A DNA stretch of 64,000 nt from an uncultured Thermoplasmatales archaeon (GTDB lineage: Archaea > Thermoplasmatota > Penumbrarchaeia > Penumbrarchaeales > Penumbrarchaeaceae), in assembly GCA_964445525.1 (NCBI GenBank), contig CAYULA010000010.1:1158-65157 (forward strand). Reading direction: 5' to 3'. The translations under genes and the position numbers were made by a program. Under the pieces are notes generated by a model that ran no database searches, was not told the DNA's origin, and was given only the letters and a program-made list of their open reading frames with translations. The number at the start of each line of letters is the position of its first letter. Position 1 is the stretch's first letter. This document shows positions 54,334-64,000 of the stretch, in pieces.

Positions 54334-57192
54334 GTGACCATCGGAGATATCGTGGTTAAAGGTGCGAGGCAGCACAATCTCAAGGATATCGATGTTACCA
54401 TTCCAAGGGAGAGGCTGGTTGTCATTACCGGGCTTTCGGGTTCGGGGAAGTCATCGCTGGCCTTCGATACAATATATGCCGAGGGCCAGAGGAGGTTCAT
54501 CGAATCCCTTTCCTCCTACGCCCGTAACTTCCTGGGAGCAATGGACAAGCCGGACGTGGACAGTATCGAGGGATTGTCTCCTTCCATTTCAATCGAGCAG
54601 CACGCCGCATCCAGGAATCCCAGATCAACGGTTGGAACATCCACGGAGATCACCGATCATCTCAGGCTTCTATTTGCCAGGATAGGGATTCCCCACTGCC
54701 CGGTCTGCGGAAGGGAGATCGAGAGGCAGTCGCAGGATCAGATCATCGAAAGGATCATGAACGGTGGAGAGAGGAAGATCAAGGTTCTCGCACCGGTTGC
54801 CGTTGGCAAGAAAGGCACCCACAAGGATCTTCTTGCGGATCTGAAGAAGCAGGGATTCCTGAAGGTCAGGATCGACGGGGAGCTTCAAAGACTTCGTGAG
54901 ATTCCTGAACTTGACAAGAACAAAAAACACAACATCGAGGTTGACCTGGACACCCTTGCAGTTAACCAGGAGCACATTGACCAGCTGACCGAGGATATAA
55001 CCCAGGCCCTGAGACTTTCGGAAGGAACCGTCATAATCGAGGAGAAAAATGAGAACGGCCCGGACAGGCAGGAGGCATACTCACAGAAGATGGCCTGCCC
55101 TGTTCACGGCATATCGGTCCCTGAACTTGAGCCGAGGATATTCTCCTTCAACACTCCTTTCGGTGCCTGCCAGGAATGCCACGGAATAGGTTTCACCCTG
55201 GAGGTGGACCCCGAGCTTCTGGTTCCCCATCCCGAGAAATCAATATCGGAAGGGGCCGTAGCACTCTTCAAAACAGATCCCGAGGGGTCCTATTCCATAA
55301 GGTGGCTTGAAGCCATCGGGAGGCATTACGGATTCCTTGTCACAACTCCCTGGAATGAAATACCGCAGAAGGGGAAAGATGCCATACTGCACGGAACCGA
55401 TCACGCCATTCCCCTGAGGATAAAGACCGACAGGTACGATTTCTCCCAGAGGAGGAGATACGAGGGATTGATCCCAACCATCAAGAGAAGGTACTCCCAG
55501 ACACAATCGGATTTGGCAAAGGACTTCTACAGGAAATTCATGCGGGCCTCTCCCTGTCCGGCCTGCGGCGGTGCGAGGTTGAAACCCGTATCTCTTGCGG
55601 TAACGGTGGATGATGTCAACATCCACGATGTGAGCCGGATGTCCATCAGGGATTCCTACGAGTTCTTCAAGGACCTCCCCGACAGACTTTCGGAGACAGA
55701 CAGGACAATTTCGAGACTGCTTCTCAAGGAGATCGTGGCCAGGCTATCCTTCCTGAAAAACGTTGGATTGGATTACCTCACGCTTGACAGAACGACCGGA
55801 ACACTTTCCGGTGGAGAGGCTCAGAGGATACAACTCGCCACACAGATAGGTTCCTCTTTAGTGGGGGTCCTCTATGTCCTTGACGAACCTTCGATCGGCC
55901 TTCACCAGAGAGACAATGACAGGCTGATCGAGACCCTTGAACGCCTCAGGGACCTAGGAAATACCATCATAGTGGTGGAGCATGACGAGATGGTAATGAA
56001 AAGGGCCGATCACATCATCGATCTGGGGCCTGGAGCCGGAATGCACGGCGGGGAGCTTGTGGCGGAAGGCAGGGTCGAGGAGATCTGCAATATTGAAAGA
56101 TCCGTTACTGGACAGTATCTGTCCGGAAAAAAAATAATACCCATTCCCAAAAAGAGGATCAGGGGAAACGGAAAGAATCTGACGGTTCACGGAGCCAGGC
56201 AGCACAATTTGAAGGATATCGATGTCAAGGTCCCTCTCGGGACATTCACCTGTGTCACGGGGGTTTCGGGATCGGGAAAATCCACCCTCGTGGAGGAGAT
56301 AATGCTCAAGGCGCTCAAGAAGCACCTACACGGTTCCACCGATCATGTAGGAGCCCACGAGAGGGTATCGGGCCTGGAGCACCTCGACAAGGTCATAATC
56401 ATCGATCAATCACCGATCGGAAGAACCCCCAGGTCCAATCCGGCGACCTATACAGGGACCTTCACACCGATAAGGGAGCTGTTCTCCAAGACACCTTTAT
56501 CAAAGGCCAGAGGCTACAAGCCCGGTCAATTTTCCTTCAATGTCAGGGGAGGAAGATGCGATAACTGCGAGGGAGACGGAATAATCAAGCTCGAGATGCA
56601 TTTCCTGCCGGATGTTTACATCCCCTGCGAGGTGTGCAAGGGAAAGAGGTATACCAAGGAAACTCTCGAGGTCACCTTCAAGGGAAAGAACATCGCACAG
56701 GTCCTTGCTATGAGCGTGGAGGAGGCAATGTACTTCTTCGAGAACATACCGGCCATTCACAGGAAGCTCAAAACCCTGTGGGATGTTGGTCTGGGATACA
56801 TCAAACTGGGGCAGCCGGCCCCGACATTGTCCGGAGGAGAGGCTCAGAGGGTCAAGCTCGCAACCGAGCTCTCGAAGAGGGCAACGGGAAAGACCATCTA
56901 CCTTCTTGATGAGCCGACCACCGGTTTGCATTTCGACGACGTCAACAAGCTGCTGAACGTTCTTCAGAGGCTGAGGAGGAAGGGCAATACAGTTGTGGTT
57001 ATTGAACACAACATGGACGTGATCAAGACTGCCGACTGGATAATAGATCTGGGTCCGGAAGGGGGTGACGAAGGCGGAGAGATCGTCGCACAGGGTCCTC
57101 CCGAGAAGGTGGCAAGATCGAGGAAGAGCCACACCGGAAGATATCTTCGACAGGAGCTCAAGAAAACAAAGAAGGGATGCAGTTCCAGATAA
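54334..57192 (+). CDS. uvrA: excinuclease ABC subunit A
   Basis: 952 aa, GTG start. [45 protein letters not shown]. Two ABC modules (LSGGEAQR twice) and zinc modules ([25 protein letters not shown]). Confidence 0.95.
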   Translation: MTIGDIVVKGARQHNLKDIDVTIPRERLVVITGLSGSGKSSLAFDTIYAEGQRRFIESLSSYARNFLGAMDKPDVDSIEGLSPSISIEQHAASRNPRSTVGTSTEITDHLRLLFARIGIPHCPVCGREIERQSQDQIIERIMNGGERKIKVLAPVAVGKKGTHKDLLADLKKQGFLKVRIDGELQRLREIPELDKNKKHNIEVDLDTLAVNQEHIDQLTEDITQALRLSEGTVIIEEKNENGPDRQEAYSQKMACPVHGISVPELEPRIFSFNTPFGACQECHGIGFTLEVDPELLVPHPEKSISEGAVALFKTDPEGSYSIRWLEAIGRHYGFLVTTPWNEIPQKGKDAILHGTDHAIPLRIKTDRYDFSQRRRYEGLIPTIKRRYSQTQSDLAKDFYRKFMRASPCPACGGARLKPVSLAVTVDDVNIHDVSRMSIRDSYEFFKDLPDRLSETDRTISRLLLKEIVARLSFLKNVGLDYLTLDRTTGTLSGGEAQRIQLATQIGSSLVGVLYVLDEPSIGLHQRDNDRLIETLERLRDLGNTIIVVEHDEMVMKRADHIIDLGPGAGMHGGELVAEGRVEEICNIERSVTGQYLSGKKIIPIPKKRIRGNGKNLTVHGARQHNLKDIDVKVPLGTFTCVTGVSGSGKSTLVEEIMLKALKKHLHGSTDHVGAHERVSGLEHLDKVIIIDQSPIGRTPRSNPATYTGTFTPIRELFSKTPLSKARGYKPGQFSFNVRGGRCDNCEGDGIIKLEMHFLPDVYIPCEVCKGKRYTKETLEVTFKGKNIAQVLAMSVEEAMYFFENIPAIHRKLKTLWDVGLGYIKLGQPAPTLSGGEAQRVKLATELSKRATGKTIYLLDEPTTGLHFDDVNKLLNVLQRLRRKGNTVVVIEHNMDVIKTADWIIDLGPEGGDEGGEIVAQGPPEKVARSRKSHTGRYLRQELKKTKKGCSSR

Positions 57193-57207
57193 GATACGAT
57201 ATTCATA

Positions 57208-57861
57208 ATGAAGGGATTTTATACCGGCAGAACAATTTGGACCGGTGAAACCCGACGGGGGATGATCCTATTGACAAATGGCAGGGGAGTCACGCTTAGG
57301 ACCGCCTGGGTCGAAGATTCCGATGAGGGAGCCGACAACCAATACAGGACAGATAATGAACCCAAAGATCTTTCCTGCCCATCCTGTGGAGCACCGTTAA
57401 GAAAGAAAATGTCAGGGAAAGCATTCTGCTGGTTCTGTGAAAGGGAGTTCGAATTGGACAGCTCCGGATCGATAGTTGACGATGGCGCCGAGGAGGAGGA
57501 GGATGATTTCGAGATGGACCTCGAGAACTCCAAGGATGATGCCGATGATGATGAGGAAGAGGAGGAGATGGAATTCGATATCGAGATAGATGTGGACGAA
57601 GAGGAGTACGAAGGCGAAGAGGAAGAGGAAATCGACTTCGAGATGGAAGAAGATGAGATTGAAGAAGATGAGGATGTGGACTTCGACCTCCAGGATGAGG
57701 AAGCAGGGGAGGAAGAGGAGCTGGAATGGGAGGAGGAGATCGAGGAGGATATGGAGGTGGAGACTGAAGAAGATGATGTATCATTTTTCGAGGAGTCCGA
57801 TTCTGCTTTGGAGAGAAAGCGCAGGAGGAGACTGGGGTCCACCGAAGTGGAATTCGATTGA
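57208..57861 (+). CDS. zinc-ribbon protein with hyperacidic C-terminal tail
   Basis: 217 aa. CPSCGAPLRKKMSGKAFCWFCEREF is followed by about 120 aa of D/E with periodic hydrophobic/aromatic residues (DDFEMDLE, MEFDIEIDVD, IDFEMEED, VDFDLQDE, LEWEEE, VSFFEE) and a basic patch KRRRR. 15 nt after the uvrA stop and 59 nt before the uvrC start. Antisense poly-Ser ORFs are shadows. Confidence 0.65.
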   Translation: MKGFYTGRTIWTGETRRGMILLTNGRGVTLRTAWVEDSDEGADNQYRTDNEPKDLSCPSCGAPLRKKMSGKAFCWFCEREFELDSSGSIVDDGAEEEEDDFEMDLENSKDDADDDEEEEEMEFDIEIDVDEEEYEGEEEEEIDFEMEEDEIEEDEDVDFDLQDEEAGEEEELEWEEEIEEDMEVETEEDDVSFFEESDSALERKRRRRLGSTEVEFD

Positions 57862-57920
57862 TCACATTGTTGCTCCACCCACGAAAGCCAATATATAATC
57901 CGAGATTCTCTACTTGAAGG

Positions 57921-59729
57921 ATGATAACCGAGCCAGCCTCACTGCCGGATGCATGCGGCGTTTACTTATTCAAGGGCAGAGGGGGGAAGGTCCTTTACGT
58001 CGGAAAAGCCGTAAACATCAGAGCAAGGGTCAGGTCTCATATTCAGAACAGGAAGGATCCCAAGGAGGCGAGGCTCAGCGAGAATACCGATAGAATCGAC
58101 TGGATAGGGACCAAGACGGAACTGGAAGCCCTGATCCTGGAAGACACGCTGATAAAGAGATACAAACCCAAGTTCAACATCAGGCTCAAGGACGACAAGT
58201 CCTATCCCTACCTTCTCGTTACTAGTGAGAGCTTCCCGGCCGTGAGGCAGGTGAGAGGATTGAAACCCAATCTGGGAGACCATTTCGGACCTCACGGCGA
58301 TCCGAGGGCCGTCAGGAGGTCACTCAGGTGGTTAAGGAAGATCTTCCCTGTGAGGTCCTGCAGAAGGGATATGTCAAGACCCTCCAGACCTTGCCTGGAA
58401 CATCATCTAGGCAGATGCATCGCTCCATGCACCGGAGATGTGAAGGAGGAGGATTACGGGATCGTTGTTGAGGGGCTCAAGGGATTTTTGTCAGGTGAGA
58501 GGGAATCGGTTTTGACCAGGCTGGAAAAGGATATGTGGGAAGCCTCAAAAAACGAGCAATACGAGAAAGCAGCCCTGGTAAGGGACCTGATCACCGGTTT
58601 GAAGAGGATAAGGGAAGGACAGAGAGTGGTCCTCCTCAAGGGAAAGGATATCGATGTGATACACATCGACGTGGAGGGATTCGCCGCAACAGTGGTGAAG
58701 GTCCGGGAGGGAAGGGTCATAGATGCGGTTCCGTTCACTCTGGAGGGGGAGGAGACCTTGATGGGGGCCGATGCCGACTTCATATCCTCATATTATTCAC
58801 TATCCGGACATGTTCCCGAGAGGGTGATCGTCAATCCTCTCCTTATGAACAAGGAGAATAAGGATAACCTGCAGCATTTCCTTTCGGCAAAAAAGGGGAA
58901 GGAAGTGCTCATCAGAGTACCAAGGGGCGAGGACGAGAGATCAACCATGGAAATGGCGGTCAGGAATACCAGATTGTTCAAGGAGAAGAGGGAGAGGGAC
59001 CTCGAGAGATCGGATGTGCTCCACGAGCTCAAGGACAGGCTTGGAATGAATTCCGTTCCGGTCCTCATCGAGGGATTCGATATATCGCATCTTCACGGAT
59101 CGGGGACCGTGGCTTCAATGGTGCAGTTCAGAAACGGAAAGCCCCACAAGAGCGATTACAGGAAATTCAGGATAAGGACCGCCGAAAATGACGATTTCAC
59201 CTCCATGTATGAGGTGGTATCAAGGAGATACAGGAGGGTTATGGACCAGGACGGACAGGTTCCTGACCTGGTGCTTATCGATGGAGGAAAGGGACAGCGT
59301 AATGCTGCGGCGAAGGCAATGAGAGACATCGGCATGACGGACGTCCCCGAGATTGTATCCATTGCAAAGAAGGAGGAGGAAATCTTTGTTCCGGGGAGAG
59401 AATTTCCCATAATACTGAAAAGATCGGATCCGGCCCTGAGGCTTCTTCAACGTGTCAGAGACGAGGCCCACAGGTTCGCGGTGAGCTACCAGAGGAAATT
59501 AAGGGAAAAGGAACTGGACCTTCTCATAGAGGTGGAGGGAATAGGGAAGAAGAGGGCCAGGGAGCTGTTGATAAAATTCGATAGCCTAATAGACATGGAG
59601 AAAGCAGGAGTTGACGGGATATGCATGACTACTTCGGTACCTAAAGATTCGGCTGAGCGGTTGATTGCATTTTTAAGGGATTACTTAATAAAATCGTACC
59701 GGAAGGAGCAGAAGATTGAAAGGGAATGA
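57921..59729 (+). CDS. uvrC: excinuclease ABC subunit C
   Basis: 602 aa. GIY-YIG N-terminus (GVYLFKGRGGKVLYVGKAVNIRARV), UVR domain, Endo V-like region (IEGFDISHL) and C-terminal HhH. Confidence 0.93.
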   Translation: MITEPASLPDACGVYLFKGRGGKVLYVGKAVNIRARVRSHIQNRKDPKEARLSENTDRIDWIGTKTELEALILEDTLIKRYKPKFNIRLKDDKSYPYLLVTSESFPAVRQVRGLKPNLGDHFGPHGDPRAVRRSLRWLRKIFPVRSCRRDMSRPSRPCLEHHLGRCIAPCTGDVKEEDYGIVVEGLKGFLSGERESVLTRLEKDMWEASKNEQYEKAALVRDLITGLKRIREGQRVVLLKGKDIDVIHIDVEGFAATVVKVREGRVIDAVPFTLEGEETLMGADADFISSYYSLSGHVPERVIVNPLLMNKENKDNLQHFLSAKKGKEVLIRVPRGEDERSTMEMAVRNTRLFKEKRERDLERSDVLHELKDRLGMNSVPVLIEGFDISHLHGSGTVASMVQFRNGKPHKSDYRKFRIRTAENDDFTSMYEVVSRRYRRVMDQDGQVPDLVLIDGGKGQRNAAAKAMRDIGMTDVPEIVSIAKKEEEIFVPGREFPIILKRSDPALRLLQRVRDEAHRFAVSYQRKLREKELDLLIEVEGIGKKRARELLIKFDSLIDMEKAGVDGICMTTSVPKDSAERLIAFLRDYLIKSYRKEQKIERE

Positions 59730-59838
59730 ACACTGGTCCCAATAAACTTCTAATATCTTTTAGTGCCTTAGTGTTCATTCGGTACACGTAATATCACGTA
59801 TAGCGGGTGTCGAGTCTTTTCAAAACGGAGTGGTCCAT

Positions 59839-62800
59839 ATGCCGAAAGAGGACAGGAATAGTTTCAGGATCGCCTTGATAATCATAACCGCATTCATTCT
59901 GACCCTTCCTGTGGGTTCACTTATGATGACAGCAGGAGCGGAAGATGAAAATCCAACTTTTGAGGATCAAAACCAGGAGGGATTGATCGAACTCACGGAT
60001 GAGGATGTGGAAAACCTCGGACTGAATTCGAAGACGCTTCCAACAAGAAGCGAGCCATGGGGTACCTGGGAAAGGTATTCCTACCATAGAGGGGGCGAAG
60101 ACGGTGTTATAGCCTATCATCATGCCGAGAACAGGGTCTTCATCTACGGTGGGGGTTACGCTTCATGGTCAAATCAGGGAGGTTACTGGTCCTACAACTC
60201 CTATGATGATTTCTTCATTTACGATTTCGATACCATGAAATGGTATGCGCTGGAGAAGGAACTCAGAGATATCAGTCCCGCCGCGGGCAGGTTCGGTTTC
60301 GCTTCCGTTGTGGATGAACCAAACGAGAGATTCCTTATCTACGGCGGATGGTCGGGATCCATGCTCAACGATCTCTGGGAGTTCGACATGAGCACACTTA
60401 CATGGAGTGACCTGACACCGGGGTCCGGATTGATCCCTCCATCTTTCAACGACAGGAGAGCCCTGGCAACCATGGTTCTCGATACTTCAGGAGGCGGCGA
60501 GAACCTCTATCTTCTCTTCGGAATGGAGGATGATCTGACAGACAGACATCCGGAGAACAAGACCGACTTCTACAGGATAGATCTGAGCACCCCCGGAACC
60601 CTCCATGTCCTGAATGCTGGAGCGGGAGAGGGATTCCTCCCGAGATACCACCATTCCATGTGCCTGGATGAGTCCGGGAGAAGGATCTATGTTTACGGCG
60701 GGATCCATGAAGACAATGATGATGATACCTATCTGACCGACTTCTGGATGTATGACATACCCTCCAACACCTGGACTGAGATGAGCACCCATCCGAACAT
60801 GACCATGAGCATCGGTGCTCAGATCTTTTACAGGGCCTCGGATCAGAAGGTCTACCTCTGGGGAGGCAGGGAGAACTACACGGGTGATGACTATCTGGAG
60901 GAAAATGAAACCCTCTGGATCTATGATACAACTCTCGGATCATGGGACAGATATGACTACCATGATGTGGGAACAGACGTCCCTTCAGGAAGAATGTACT
61001 ATCACAATCATTATTCTTCTCTCTCAGATAGATTCTACATATTCGGAGGAAGATATTATTATTCGGGATGGGGAGGAGCAAGATCAAGCAGGTACAGGGA
61101 CCTCAATTACCTTGATCTGCCATCAAAGGTCTGGACACTGTTTCCTACCCTAGATAATCCATCCACAAATAGCGGAGGAATATTCGCTTACGAAGAGGAT
61201 CTGGGAAGACTTCACTATGTGGGTCCAAATTCATATTACGATAATGCCTACACATATTACTGGGATCTGGAAGAGGAGAAATGGTACGGAGCAAACTACG
61301 ACGAGGGTGAAGAAGATTTCCCTTCCAGGTCCGAAGCTGGAATGGCTTACGATCCCGGAAACAAGACCGTCTACGTTTACGGAGGTTATTATACCACGGG
61401 CAGTGGTTACAACAGAAGATACTGGAACAGAGCTGACATGTGGAAATGGGAGATCGATACCAACACCTGGACCAACATCTGGGAGGAGGCAGGACCGGGA
61501 GAGAGACACGGATTCGATATGGTCTGGAACGAGAACGACGGAAGCGTGTACTTCTTCGGTGGAAGAAAATTCAGACCCGAGGGAAGTTCCGATTCCGACG
61601 CCTATGGGGAGTTCTACAGATACACATACGGACCCACAGGTGGGATCTTCCAGGAAGTTGCGGCTCAGAATGAGGGGCCGGAGAAGAGATACGGTGCAGG
61701 TACAATCTATGTTCCCGATCTGAATAAACTCTACCTCACCTGTGGAAGGGATCCCGATCCCCAGGGAGTGAAGGATTACAGGGATCTCTGGGAATTCGAT
61801 TTCGATACCATGAGATGGACCGAGCTCCAGTCGCTCACCTCATCAATGATATCTCCAAAATTGGACTATGATCCTCTCACCCAGGAGCTTTATCTTACCG
61901 GTGGTTCCGATTACATCATAAAGAGATACAGGATCCTCGAAGATGCCTGGTACAATCTGGATCCCGACGTGAATCCCGGATCGCTTGACGGACAGGCCCA
62001 TGTCTTCCTTCCCGAAGAAAGAGACCTCTGGATATACGGCGGAGGGGCCAAAGACGGCATCTGGAAGATAGGAATGCCTTACAGGCTCGTTATCAGGGCC
62101 ATCGATTTCGAGGATCCCGAAGACGGAGCGAAAAAAGCCTATTCCATGCTGAAACCCTATCATTTCTCAACCACGGTGAGGACAGTGAACGGACCGGAGG
62201 ACCTGGCGGATGTAACAATGTCATTCCTCCACAGGAGCGGAACCTACAAGGTGATCTACAATCATACCACCGAAACCTGGACCGAATCCGATCCAGACGA
62301 TGTGGCCGAAGTTACGAGCCTCAACACCGACTGGATGGGGGACGACTTCAAAATGGATGTCAATATCAAGTTCCACTGGAACTTCTCCTCGAGGCCCAAT
62401 GCTGTGGACAGGAGAATATCCGTATCGGCGAACGGGATCGACGTGGAACCCGATTTCCTGGAAATAAGGAATTTCCTGAATGTGGAAAACAGGATCGAGA
62501 TCGTTGACGAGATATCCGTTGAAGGAGAGTTACAGGGAGAGGTCTCAAGAGGTGACTGGGTGCAGACCTTCGAAGGCCTTAACCTCACAGGACCCTACGT
62601 TAGATACGCGGGATCCGATTCCGTCTATCCTCCAGCGGATTCATACACCATGACCCTGAGCGAGGGCAGACATGTTCCGGATAATATCGATCAGAAACTT
62701 CTTGTGGACGTGTACAGAACCTTCGATCTGGATGTTAGTGCGGGTGAACCCGTGGAATTCAGTTTCTTGGCTCCCAATGAAACCAGAACAAACGTCACCT

Positions 62801-64000
62801 ATATCCTGAACGTAACAGGCGTTTTCGAGGAGGACGAGGAACTCTACAAGAATTTCTGGCTGTCAGTGGACGGGGTGGCACCATTGGAGCCGACCACCGT
62901 GGCAATTCATGCGGATGACTTCGACGACAGCCACACCAGGTTCGACAACGATATGGAGGTCTACGTAACATGGATGTCCTCCGATGTCAGCGAATCAGGC
63001 ATAATGACCCATTACTGGTCCTTCGAGGACAACGGCGGTACCAGGGACGGAAATCCCGTTGCCGAAACCCAGGCCATCATCCAGCTCCCTTCCAACGGCA
63101 CTCACGACGTATATATCTGGACCGAGGACCGGGTGGGAAATATCGGGCCGGCAAAGAACGCCTCCATCACAATAGATACCGAATCACCCACATTCGAGAT
63201 CACAGAACCGGACCTGGACCAGATGTTACCGTACAGAGAGCTGGATATCGACGTTCTGATCAATGATACCGGTGGTTCCCAGCTGAACTCACTGACGATC
63301 AAATACAGGTTCACAAACGACGGCCTGAACTCCGAGGAGATGTGGACAGGACCCAACGCCTGGATGGACCTATCGGACCTCTGGACCGATTTCCCGCTCG
63401 ATTCCATAGAGTTCACCTTCTCCTTCGGAAAGGGAGGCATTCCCAAACTATCCGATTCCGAAGAGAATTTCATTCAGTTCAGTATCTCCGATTTCGCCGG
63501 AAATCTTGTGAAATCGGCCACATACAACATACGGGTCGATACCAATCTGAGGTTCCCCATGGTAACTCTGGAGGGTCCTGATGAAGGTGAGGTATTCGAG
63601 GACCCCGAGGATGTGGAGCTCAACTGGACCCTCGATTTCTTCCTTCCGGAGGATGTGGTGTACTACCTCTACCTAGACAAGGACAGGTCCCTCGTGGAGA
63701 CACTCGACGAGAGTATAAAGATAGAAAGGGCGGATAGGTTCTACAATCCGCTTTTTGTCACCCACGGAACCTGGTACTGGACCGTGATCCCTGTTGCCAG
63801 AGGTCAGTGGGCAGGTAATTCAACCAACGGAATCAAATCCTTTGTTATCAGCCAGGAGGCCTCCTATTCCTTCGAGGTTACCACACCGGATGAGAAGCTT
63901 ACAAGGGCCCAGGGAACAATGGGAATACCCCTGGAATTCAACATCGAAAATACTGGACAGAATCTCGCTGCGATCACGATCACCCAGGATATTGAAGGCA
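59839..64000 (+). CDS. giant secreted Kelch-repeat / Ig-like / CARDB-like surface protein, 3' end beyond the window
   Basis: Not in the ORF track because it has no stop. I checked codon by codon that frame 1 is open from ATG 59839 to nt 64000 (>=1387 aa). Signal-like FRIALIIITAFILTLPVGSLMM. About a dozen Kelch motifs (RVFIYGGG..., RFLIYGGWSGSMLNDLWEFDMSTLTW, RIYVYGG, KVYLWGG, YIFGG, VYVYGGY, VYFFGG). Later Ig-like segments (FSISDFAGNLV) and NIENTGQNLAAITI at the edge. Confidence 0.85.
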   Translation, partial: MPKEDRNSFRIALIIITAFILTLPVGSLMMTAGAEDENPTFEDQNQEGLIELTDEDVENLGLNSKTLPTRSEPWGTWERYSYHRGGEDGVIAYHHAENRVFIYGGGYASWSNQGGYWSYNSYDDFFIYDFDTMKWYALEKELRDISPAAGRFGFASVVDEPNERFLIYGGWSGSMLNDLWEFDMSTLTWSDLTPGSGLIPPSFNDRRALATMVLDTSGGGENLYLLFGMEDDLTDRHPENKTDFYRIDLSTPGTLHVLNAGAGEGFLPRYHHSMCLDESGRRIYVYGGIHEDNDDDTYLTDFWMYDIPSNTWTEMSTHPNMTMSIGAQIFYRASDQKVYLWGGRENYTGDDYLEENETLWIYDTTLGSWDRYDYHDVGTDVPSGRMYYHNHYSSLSDRFYIFGGRYYYSGWGGARSSRYRDLNYLDLPSKVWTLFPTLDNPSTNSGGIFAYEEDLGRLHYVGPNSYYDNAYTYYWDLEEEKWYGANYDEGEEDFPSRSEAGMAYDPGNKTVYVYGGYYTTGSGYNRRYWNRADMWKWEIDTNTWTNIWEEAGPGERHGFDMVWNENDGSVYFFGGRKFRPEGSSDSDAYGEFYRYTYGPTGGIFQEVAAQNEGPEKRYGAGTIYVPDLNKLYLTCGRDPDPQGVKDYRDLWEFDFDTMRWTELQSLTSSMISPKLDYDPLTQELYLTGGSDYIIKRYRILEDAWYNLDPDVNPGSLDGQAHVFLPEERDLWIYGGGAKDGIWKIGMPYRLVIRAIDFEDPEDGAKKAYSMLKPYHFSTTVRTVNGPEDLADVTMSFLHRSGTYKVIYNHTTETWTESDPDDVAEVTSLNTDWMGDDFKMDVNIKFHWNFSSRPNAVDRRISVSANGIDVEPDFLEIRNFLNVENRIEIVDEISVEGELQGEVSRGDWVQTFEGLNLTGPYVRYAGSDSVYPPADSYTMTLSEGRHVPDNIDQKLLVDVYRTFDLDVSAGEPVEFSFLAPNETRTNVTYILNVTGVFEEDEELYKNFWLSVDGVAPLEPTTVAIHADDFDDSHTRFDNDMEVYVTWMSSDVSESGIMTHYWSFEDNGGTRDGNPVAETQAIIQLPSNGTHDVYIWTEDRVGNIGPAKNASITIDTESPTFEITEPDLDQMLPYRELDIDVLINDTGGSQLNSLTIKYRFTNDGLNSEEMWTGPNAWMDLSDLWTDFPLDSIEFTFSFGKGGIPKLSDSEENFIQFSISDFAGNLVKSATYNIRVDTNLRFPMVTLEGPDEGEVFEDPEDVELNWTLDFFLPEDVVYYLYLDKDRSLVETLDESIKIERADRFYNPLFVTHGTWYWTVIPVARGQWAGNSTNGIKSFVISQEASYSFEVTTPDEKLTRAQGTMGIPLEFNIENTGQNLAAITITQDIEG

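Noticed and set aside
57219-57878. 219-aa and 189-aa minus-strand poly-Ser / Pro-rich ORFs
   Set aside because: They are the reverse-complement reading of the GAA/GAG/GAT-rich acidic tail. The plus-strand reading has a zinc ribbon, fits the operon orientation, and matches other E-rich tails in the window.
60446-61087. 213-aa minus-strand ORF and several other listed ORFs between 59917 and 63581
   Set aside because: All overlap the continuous plus-strand frame-1 Kelch ORF, which has clear repeated protein motifs.
1-64000. CRISPR arrays, rRNA genes, transposases or IS elements
   Set aside because: Scanning all intergenic regions longer than 50 bp showed no regularly spaced direct repeats. No rRNA-like sequence or transposase-like ORF was recognised.

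Overview
The window reads as an archaeal chromosome segment. Markers are PCNA, PAN, an RPA plus RPA-associated protein operon, Elp3, archaeal DTD2, PurP, and an intron-containing tRNA-Tyr with a C1:G72 pair. Proteins are acidic and SD-like or leaderless starts occur. A Thermoplasmatota-like marine lineage is only my guess. Coding density is high. Housekeeping content covers three areas: folate-dependent C1 and purine metabolism (folP, glyA, purN, purH, plus formate-dependent purP); replication and repair (topA, PCNA, rpa, and a bacterial-type uvrB / uvrA / uvrC cluster); and Fe-S assembly (iscS-iscU), PAN, MetRS, Elp3, a CheY-like receiver and a GlmU-like enzyme. About one third of the window (about 21.3 kb) encodes four giant secreted or membrane-anchored proteins. 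These are a 1904-aa beta-helix/CARDB protein with three zinc ribbons on its cytoplasmic tail, a divergently transcribed 2032-aa protein with multiple lamin-tail domains and a dual-HKD PLD module, a roughly 1785-aa S8 subtilase, and a >1387-aa Kelch/Ig-like protein that runs off the window. Other points worth a second look: an IscS whose PLP-lysine is replaced by Asp; an AAA_16/TPR ATPase with a DUF835-like insert next to tRNA-Tyr; tandem copies of the tRNA 3' end; a hyperacidic zinc-ribbon ORF between uvrA and uvrC; and a small accessory patch (DUF4143 ATPase, orphan antitoxin-like ORF, DUF5678 plus truncated retropepsin). I saw no CRISPR array, rRNA, integrase or transposase. All family assignments come from motifs read by eye; no searches were run.
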